NCBI GenBank assembly: GCA_964426185.1
Contig: CAYRPF010000018.1
Location: 1 to 5,035, forward strand
Source: an uncultured archaeon
Lineage (GTDB): Archaea; Asgardarchaeota; Lokiarchaeia; Sigyniarchaeales; Promethearchaeaceae
Direction of reading: 5' to 3'
DNA length: 5,035 nucleotides
Part shown: positions 1-5,035 of the stretch, in pieces
Numbering within the stretch: the first letter of the stretch is position 1
How the letters are laid out: the number at the start of each line of letters is the position of its first letter
The notes under the pieces: model-generated
Databases searched by the model: none
What the model was told of the DNA's origin: nothing
The model's input: the letters and a program-made list of their open reading frames with translations, nothing else
Position numbers and translations under genes: made by a program

Positions 1-44
1 TCAAATAGAATTGGAAAATTAAAAAATGGAAATTTATCTCTAAA

Positions 45-61
45 GAGGGGCACTACCCCTC
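45..61. other. GC-rich hairpin, possible terminator or small repeat element
   Basis: GAGGGG-CACTA-CCCCTC forms a perfect 6-bp stem in an otherwise AT-rich context. Confidence 0.35.
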
Positions 62-392
62 AGGCTAAAATTTTTTCTTATCAATGTACAAAACTTCATT
101 TTCTTTCATGCTAAACTTAATAATGCTTAAAGATTAATTCTTTTCCGTCAATATCATATGATATGACTTCATTACTGTTATGAGCAAGAGGAACATGTTG
201 ATTAAAGATTGGTCGACGTGTTTGGAGGCTTTAGATGCTGGAGAAATTCTTAAAGGACATAATTTCGAAATTCAGAAAATAAAATTGGTAACAAGTTGAT
301 AACCGAAATTCAGCAGAAAAAGCAGAAAAAATTGACTAATTCCAATTTTTCATTGGTTTAATAATTTCCATAAATAAGTGATTTGGTATTGA

Positions 393-489
393 TTTCACAG
401 TGAAAATAATGTGTCTACATGATGCATATACATTTAAATAAGATTAAGTTTTATATGAAAATATCTTGAGAAATTGACTTCATTTAAAT
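393..489 (+). promoter_or_regulatory. Probable promoter region of the SBP gene (candidate TATA boxes and an inverted repeat)
   Basis: TTTAAATA at 433-440, TTTTATAT at 449-456, TTTAAAT at 483-489, and inverted repeat TTTCAC-A-GTGAAA at 393-405. The region is very AT-rich, so the true element cannot be singled out. Confidence 0.3.
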
Positions 490-559
490 TTTTGCCTCGC
501 CTCGATGATAGGAGAAGTTGAGATTATCAAGATTTAGCTATAGAAATGGAAGTGTTGAA

Positions 560-2416
560 ATGAAATACAAAAGAAATATTAAAATTTTACTTGTTGGGGT
601 TCTTTTCTGTATTCTTCTATCTTTCTCGAGCAATCTAAATATAGTTCGAGCAGAAACGACAGAAGAAGAATCTGTGATCTTTAATATGGGTGGTCAACAA
701 ATGAGCTCGTTTACCACTCTTGATCCTCTTACGTATATGTCCATGCCCGAGATGGATATCATCTTTAATGTTCTTGAAGGCTTAACGACTTGGGTAACAC
801 ATGCTGATGGGTCCACTTCTATTGATCCATGCCTCGCAACTTCATGGGAATTTGAAGATATTGTAACTTTAAATGTCCATCTAAGAGAAGGTGCTTCGTT
901 TACAGATGGAACGCCATGGAATGCAACAACTTGTGAATGGAACTGGGATCGGTTAGCCAATTTGTATGCATGGTCTGGATTCGCTGGAGTTTTATCTCTG
1001 CCTGCTGATCCATTCCGAGATGTCTCTGGCGTCGATTTAAGTTGGGCTCCTGGAGGGGGTTATATTTATCCAATTAATCACACAGAAATTACAGGTGAAT
1101 ACGATATCACTTTTCACTTGAATGTACCTTATGATTTGATGAATATTATTGGGCCACACTATCGAATGATTTCCCCAACAACCTTTGCTGACTATCTATG
1201 TCAATACATGCCCGCCACATGGTTAGGAAACGAGCTTTCTGAAGTTTTAGACCTTGGGTTAGTTGGGACTGGTGCTTACTACTTAGATGAAATCAATTTT
1301 AATGAAGAAACTACGACTCTTCTGAAAAACCCTGATTGGTGGGGTCCAGAAGCTACTATTGATGTTTTGAATTACCGATATTATGCCAGTGGTGAGGATA
1401 CCATGACTTTGGCACTAGTCTCTGGTGAGCTTGACGCAGCGACCTATATTAATAAAGATATTATCGAGGGAAAGTCCAATATCGTATATTTGGGTGACCC
1501 ACAAGTTGGTGTCGGCCAAATGATTTGTATGTTACCTGAAAAAGTAAATATATCGGTTCGGGAAGCTTTAAATTATGCCTTTAATGACCAATATTTCCTT
1601 GATGAAGTGTTAGGTGGAGAAGGTGTCTTGGCTCCAGGTGCTATATTCCTTGAACAAACTTATTCAGATGATTCAGTACATCCACCAAGATTTAATTTAA
1701 CCCGTGCCAGAGAAGTTTTGATTGATTCTGGAATCGCTCCAGCAGGTGCTTCAGAGTGGACAAATGACGATTGGTTAGACGTGGCTGATGGAGATGGCTC
1801 TGTGGGTCCCCTCGGTAACTATACATTAGGATACATGGACAATTATGGAATGCCTGATTGGGCCGCATCTATGCAATCCGCTGCCCGTACAGTTGGTATT
1901 AACATTAGCTTGGTTATTGAGTCTGAAGCGACCTATTTCAACACAATCCTTAACCGTACAGAAGTGGGTAAGAAATATGATATGTTTTGCGGTATGATGG
2001 GAATGAGTTCAGCTGTTGAAATGACATTATTAATGATGTATTCTTCATCCGCTTTTTACGGTTTATCCATGCCATTGGGAGGAGTACCTGAAGTAGATGA
2101 AGCGATTTGGAATTTCATGAAAGCTTCCCCCGAGGACACTGAAACTCGCCAGACATACGCAAACCAAGTAGCAGATCGTATTAACAATGAGCTTTTCTAT
2201 TTTGCATGGATACCAGTGGGAAACTTCCCATGTGCTTACTCTAATGAATGGACTAACATCAGTTCCTTAATTGATACACGACCATGGCAATGGGTTCCAG
2301 TGACAGAAAATGGTAATGATGAAGAGAAAGTATCAGTGCCTGGATTCTCTTTAATATTCTTAGGATTCGCTTCAGCTGTTGGTGTAATTGCAATTATCAA
2401 GAAAAAAAGAGAATAA
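560..2416 (+). CDS. ABC transporter substrate-binding protein, family 5 (oligopeptide/dipeptide/nickel, OppA/DppA-like), secreted and C-terminally membrane-anchored
   Basis: Family-5 SBP motifs: 'TLDP', 'NVLEGL', 'PCLATSWE', 'LREGASFTDGTPWNA', 'VGTGAY', 'KNPDWWG', 'ALVSGELD', 'VREALNYA', 'FNLTRAREVL'. ATG at 560 is preferred over the ORF-track TTG at 518 because it directly begins a Sec-type signal peptide (MKYKRNIK, hydrophobic core, VRA|E) and follows GGAAGTG. The substrate cannot be called from sequence. Confidence 0.9.
   Translation: MKYKRNIKILLVGVLFCILLSFSSNLNIVRAETTEEESVIFNMGGQQMSSFTTLDPLTYMSMPEMDIIFNVLEGLTTWVTHADGSTSIDPCLATSWEFEDIVTLNVHLREGASFTDGTPWNATTCEWNWDRLANLYAWSGFAGVLSLPADPFRDVSGVDLSWAPGGGYIYPINHTEITGEYDITFHLNVPYDLMNIIGPHYRMISPTTFADYLCQYMPATWLGNELSEVLDLGLVGTGAYYLDEINFNEETTTLLKNPDWWGPEATIDVLNYRYYASGEDTMTLALVSGELDAATYINKDIIEGKSNIVYLGDPQVGVGQMICMLPEKVNISVREALNYAFNDQYFLDEVLGGEGVLAPGAIFLEQTYSDDSVHPPRFNLTRAREVLIDSGIAPAGASEWTNDDWLDVADGDGSVGPLGNYTLGYMDNYGMPDWAASMQSAARTVGINISLVIESEATYFNTILNRTEVGKKYDMFCGMMGMSSAVEMTLLMMYSSSAFYGLSMPLGGVPEVDEAIWNFMKASPEDTETRQTYANQVADRINNELFYFAWIPVGNFPCAYSNEWTNISSLIDTRPWQWVPVTENGNDEEKVSVPGFSLIFLGFASAVGVIAIIKKKRE
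2336..2416 (+). other. PGF-CTERM-like (Loki-CTERM-like) archaeal C-terminal sorting signal
   Basis: The C-terminus VPGF-SLIFLGFASAVGVIAII-KKKRE has the tripartite layout of archaeosortase substrates (PGF motif, transmembrane helix, basic tail), preceded by an acidic linker (TENGNDEEK). Confidence 0.75.
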
Positions 2417-2424
2417 TCTCTTTT

Positions 2425-2449
2425 ATAGCGGGATAACCGCTATTTTTTT
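2425..2449 (+). terminator. Hairpin plus T-tract terminator of the SBP gene
   Basis: ATAGCGG-GATAA-CCGCTAT (7-bp stem, 2425-2443) runs into T7 (2443-2449), starting 9 nt after the stop codon. Confidence 0.7.
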
Positions 2450-2453
2450 ACAG

Positions 2454-2487
2454 ATAATTAAGGAGGATGTTTTACAAGACCCTCCTC
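2454..2487 (-). ncRNA. Second DVI-like hairpin, probably the displaced DVI and 3' end of the remnant intron
   Basis: GAGGAGGGUCUU-GUAA-AACAUCCUCCUU-[A]-AUUAU: a long stem with one C-C mismatch, a GNRA tetraloop, a candidate bulged A at 2459 and an AU end at 2454. Confidence 0.6.
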
Positions 2488-2489
2488 AA

Positions 2490-2518
2490 GAATCAAGGGG
2501 GACTACGCCCCCCTGCTC
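2490..2518 (-). ncRNA. Group II intron domain VI (intact intron) with bulged branch-point A at 2493
   Basis: GAG-CAGGGGGG-CGUAGU-CCCCCUUG-[A]-UUC, starting 4 nt after DV. Confidence 0.8.
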
Positions 2519-2522
2519 AGCA

Positions 2523-2556
2523 GAACCGACCGTACGACTTTCACCGTAGTCGGCTC
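2523..2556 (-). ncRNA. Group II intron domain V (intact intron)
   Basis: 34-nt GAGCCGAC-UACGGU-GAAA-GUCGUA-CG-GUCGGUUC with the AGC triad, a 2-nt bulge, a GAAA tetraloop and both stems fully paired (including G-U). Confidence 0.95.
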
Positions 2557-2670
2557 AGGCTCCAAGTACTCCACTTCATGTCGCCATGTCTCCTTTATTC
2601 CCAGTCTTTGATTGAAAATCCAAGGACTTCAAGTCACCAATTCATCCTTTATAGGAGATGTCGATCTTCT

Positions 2671-4203
2671 TTATTTAATAGATATATGTTTCCCTTTCTT
2701 CCGTTTTTCCTTACGTTTTGCCCAATAATCCTTCGCAGATGGATCAAAAGGACTTAAATGAATCCGTACTTTGGGGTATTTCCACCACTGACATGTAAGT
2801 GTCCAAGGTTCTAACAGATAAACACCTTCAAACGAAAATGCCCAATTATTGGTTCCATTTCTACCCCAGTATCGATTCTTAATCCATTTCCTTCCGCGGT
2901 CAGGATGACGTTTTCGAGCCCAATTCCATAGGATTTTAAAGATCCTGTATGAGAGATAACTAAAGCTATCATGTGCGTTAGACCATTTATAATAATTGCA
3001 AAATCCCCGTATTCTTATGTTCAGACCAATTATCATATCCTTTATATCTTTATTCCAACTGATTCCGACGAATTCCTTAAGATCCTTGAGGAATCGATCT
3101 ATCCGCTGTCTCTGTGGTTTAAAGATACTCTTCTTGATTGATCCGTCCTTTCGGTAGTACCTTTGGAAAGAAAATCCCAAAAAATCAAATCCTTCAGAAA
3201 TGTTTACAATCTTAGTTTTAAGGGAATTAAAACTAAGTCCTACCGATTGCAAATGCGATTTAATTTTTGGCATAACATATTCTATGATAATTTCCTTAGA
3301 GGGTGTTATTACTATAAAGTCATCAGCATATCTAAACACACCAATATCTTTATTCTGCTTTCTTCGATTGGATGGTGCAATGTACCTACCAGTTCTTGTG
3401 TTAATACCAAACATTCTTTCCATTCCATCTAGTGCGATATTAGCTAATAAAGGGCTTATTATTCCGCCTTGGGGTGTTCCTTTATTTGTACGTTCAAATC
3501 CAATTTGAGAAATTGCACCACTTTTTAGCCATGATCGTATAATACCGTGAAATGGGCTTGTTTTGATCTTTTCGAGTAAAGCATTATGGTTTATGTTATC
3601 GAAACATTTAGATATATCTGCATCCAAAATCCACCCTGGATGGATTCTACGTCCTTTTTGGGGGAGTAATGATGTGTAAATATGGTGTGCCGCGTCAAGT
3701 GCACTTTTCCCAGGTCGGAAACCAAAACTATGTGGTTCAAATTTTGCTTCCCACTCAGGGTTCATTGCCATATTGACTAAGGCTTGCATTACTCTGTCAA
3801 GAATTGTTGGGATACCTAGTTTCCTTTTATCACCATTGGACTTTGGGATCCACACAATCCGAACGGGTTTTGGAATGTACCCATTAAATTTTAAGTTTTC
3901 TACAAGTTGTATTTTCTTGTCGGCGGTTTTATATAATTTTCCATCAACTCCAGGAGTGTTCTTCCCATTATTAATTTCAGTAATTAATCTAACTGCCCAT
4001 AGTCTTGCAGAAAGTGATCGAGTCAGAAGCTTCTGGGTTTGTTTTACCTGTCTGAAATTTCCGACTTGAGTATCTCGGAAAATCCTCTGTTGGAGATTCT
4101 CTACACGATGTTTGATTATGTCCCAATTAATTTGGTCCCAATCTATATCCATCGGTTGGTTGATGCATACAAATGCTTGATTTGTCTCACGCCTTTCTTC
4201 CAT
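2671..4203 (-). CDS. ltrA: Group II intron-encoded reverse transcriptase/maturase, no HNH endonuclease domain
   Basis: RVT_N-type N-terminus (WDQINW..VENLQQRIF..QKLL..SLSARLWAVR), then GKNTPGVDG, IPKSNGDKRKLGIPTILDRVMQ, FEPHSFGFRPGKS, DADISKCFDNINH, GTPQGGIISPLLANIAL, catalytic YADD (3319-3330), GFDFLGF and domain X (LNIRIRGFCNYY). It ends shortly after SPFDP..DYW with no Cys-pair or HNH motifs. An alternative start is MDIDW at 4152. Confidence 0.95.
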   Translation of the reverse strand: MEERRETNQAFVCINQPMDIDWDQINWDIIKHRVENLQQRIFRDTQVGNFRQVKQTQKLLTRSLSARLWAVRLITEINNGKNTPGVDGKLYKTADKKIQLVENLKFNGYIPKPVRIVWIPKSNGDKRKLGIPTILDRVMQALVNMAMNPEWEAKFEPHSFGFRPGKSALDAAHHIYTSLLPQKGRRIHPGWILDADISKCFDNINHNALLEKIKTSPFHGIIRSWLKSGAISQIGFERTNKGTPQGGIISPLLANIALDGMERMFGINTRTGRYIAPSNRRKQNKDIGVFRYADDFIVITPSKEIIIEYVMPKIKSHLQSVGLSFNSLKTKIVNISEGFDFLGFSFQRYYRKDGSIKKSIFKPQRQRIDRFLKDLKEFVGISWNKDIKDMIIGLNIRIRGFCNYYKWSNAHDSFSYLSYRIFKILWNWARKRHPDRGRKWIKNRYWGRNGTNNWAFSFEGVYLLEPWTLTCQWWKYPKVRIHLSPFDPSAKDYWAKRKEKRKKGKHISIK

Positions 4204-4424
4204 TCAATCATCTCTATTACAGATTTATTTCCGTTGGAGTCACGGGTAGTCAGCTTCCTTTCGGAATGGTTATTAACCTATCCCTTCAATTACAGAGGGG
4301 CATTCACTTTCACCCGATCTCTATCTCCCTGCTTATTTACATGGAGATTTTTACGAAGTTCATATATACAGACAAGATACAACCTTTAGAGACTTGCTAT
4401 ACCCCGAGCATTTTTGATCAGATA

Positions 4425-4449
4425 GATATGTAAAAAAAGAATACATATC
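4425..4449 (-). ncRNA. Domain Id3 stem-loop carrying EBS1 (CUUUUU, 4439-4434)
   Basis: Perfect 8-bp stem GAUAUGUA/UACAUAUC with loop UUCUUUUUU. CUUUUU is exactly complementary to IBS1 AAAAAG (4739-4734), which abuts GUGCG and supports the 5' splice site. Confidence 0.85.
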
Positions 4450-4740
4450 CTAATGCCAGTGCCTTCTTTGGTCGTCACAGTGTATCAACTCCCTTTCACT
4501 GCGTAAGTTTAACGAGGCTTCAGTTACAAGTTCACCGAAGTTTCTCATGGGTTGTTTTGGCTAGCCCTATCTGCATGGGGAGTTAGCAGAATCGGTACAT
4601 TACCACTCATGCTTTGAAACCCCACTCTTTTGGATAGGAGTTCGAGTGATTGCCACGAATAGTCTGATTCTATTGCCAGTTTTTATATGTCATCTCTTTC
4701 TGGATTCTATATATACGCTTATCTTCGTCGCACCTTTTTG

Positions 4741-4774
4741 GAACCACGCGTGGGAGTTTCCCCGTACGTGGCTC
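4741..4774 (-). ncRNA. Second group II intron domain V (remnant intron)
   Basis: 34-nt GAGCCACG-UACGGG-GAAA-CUCCCA-CG-CGUGGUUC with the AGC triad, a fully paired 8-bp lower stem, a CG bulge and a GAAA loop. The upper stem has two mismatches. Confidence 0.88.
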
Positions 4775-4864
4775 GAGCCTTGAAAATCCCTCACGTCACC
4801 GTGTCCCTAGGCATTCATCCTCATGATGAACCCAGATTTAAAACTGTTACCAGTTTCTTATCGA

Positions 4865-4921
4865 TTAAGATCTTCCATGCTTATTTCGATTTAACCAATA
4901 ATCCCGAAGAATTGGGTCAAA
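4865..4921 (-). pseudogene. C-terminal fragment of a group II intron RT/maturase
   Basis: Translates as FDPILRDYWLNRNKHGRS*, against FDPSAKDYWAKRKEKRKK in the intact IEP (FDP, DYW and R identically spaced). Similarity stops upstream of FDP, and an in-frame TGA lies 12 codons upstream. Confidence 0.8.
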
Positions 4922-4988
4922 ATCTTGTGGTATACAAAAAATAAACTTAATTATTCACTTTGGATTTGGATTTTTTTGATGTTTTCCC

Positions 4989-5035
4989 TTAGAAAATGGT
5001 GATGATAAGCCCTACTATGATAATTGAACCCCCAA
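4989..5035 (-). CDS. Possible 3' end of a membrane protein gene entering from the right edge (resembles the last helix of DMT/EamA transporters)
   Basis: One frame reads GGSIIIVGLIITIF*, which is hydrophobic with a GGxxIxxG pattern. Only 14 codons are visible, and another frame is also open here. Confidence 0.25.
   Translation of the reverse strand, partial: GGSIIIVGLIITIF

Larger units (their letters stand above)
2488..4733 (-). mobile_element. Group II intron (IIB / chloroplast-like type), apparently full length; 3' boundary 2488 or alternatively 2454
   Basis: The 5' end reads GTGCGACGAAG from 4733. The DI basal stem pairs ACGAAG with CTTCGT (4358-4353) and CGTATATATAGA with TCTGTATATATG (4372-4361). 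The Id3 stem-loop carries an EBS1 that matches the flank. A DII-like stem ATCTCC/GGAGAT is followed by a candidate J2/3 AGA (4322-4320). The IEP ORF lies in DIV, followed by a canonical DV and a DVI with a bulged A. Confidence 0.92.
4734..4921 (-). mobile_element. 5'-truncated remnant of a second, related group II intron (IEP C-terminus, DIV 3' segment, DV) forming the 5' exon of the intact intron
   Basis: Contains an IEP-like peptide tail, motifs shared with the intact intron's stop-to-DV segment (AGGATGAAT, GGATTTTCAA, CAYG-GYGA-CRTG hairpin) and a 34-nt DV. Confidence 0.85.

Noticed and set aside
65-230. Short minus-strand frames (..RRPIFNQHVPLAHNSNEVISYDIDGKELIFKHY*, MKENEVLYIDKKKF*)
   Set aside because: They are short, interrupted by stops and show no recognisable homology. 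A decayed gene is possible but cannot be supported.
518-559. TTG start extending the SBP by 14 aa
   Set aside because: AGGAG lies only 3 nt before the TTG, and the signal peptide begins cleanly at ATG 560. It is disfavoured but not fully excluded.
694-960. 88-aa minus-strand ORF
   Set aside because: Antisense shadow within the well-supported SBP gene, with no recognisable motifs.
2467-2757. 96-aa plus-strand ORF preceded by AGGAGG
   Set aside because: It is antisense to intron DV/DVI and the IEP end. The AGGAGG abuts the ATG with no spacing and is simply one arm of the DVI-like hairpin.
2671-4203. RT as a retron, DGR, CRISPR-associated or Abi defence RT
   Set aside because: Domain X/maturase, the GUGCG start, EBS1-IBS1 pairing and DV/DVI identify a group II intron. 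No TR/VR repeat pair, msr-msd, cas gene or CRISPR array is visible.
3163-4433. Five short plus-strand ORFs (3163-3432, 3200-3508, 3773-4069, 4039-4389, 4173-4433)
   Set aside because: All are antisense to the RT gene or the ribozyme domains, with no protein-like motifs.
4454-4680. Repeated 7-mer TGCCAGT at 4454-4460 and 4674-4680 in domain I
   Set aside because: The copies are direct rather than complementary, so this is not an alpha-alpha' pairing, and 7 nt is too short to be significant.
2454-4774. Tandem duplication or target-site duplication as the source of the two DVs
   Set aside because: The two DV regions and IEP tails are substantially diverged with compensatory changes, and no direct repeat flanks the intron.
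4687-4944. 85-aa plus-strand ORF
   Set aside because: It spans the intron 5' junction and is antisense to the remnant DV and IEP tail, so it is explained as a chance frame.

Overview
AT-rich window that is probably archaeal (Asgard/Lokiarchaeota-like, inferred only from a PGF-type C-terminal sorting signal). The + strand carries an orphan family-5 (Opp/Dpp-type) ABC substrate-binding protein (about 560-2416) followed by a hairpin/T-tract terminator. The - strand carries an apparently complete group II intron (IIB/chloroplast-like type). Its 5' end is GUGCG at 4733, its 3' end is at about 2488 or 2454, and it encodes an RT/maturase without an HNH domain (2671-4203). The main unexplained signal is that this intron is nested in the remains of a second, 5'-truncated group II intron. 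Upstream of the 5' splice site lie an 18-codon IEP C-terminal remnant (FDP...DYW..R*) and a second domain V, ending 7 nt before the splice site. A second domain-VI-like hairpin lies just past the intron's 3' end. The intron therefore appears to have homed into the DV-DVI junction of a related ribozyme, and its EBS1 matches that site exactly. All RNA structures were folded by eye.
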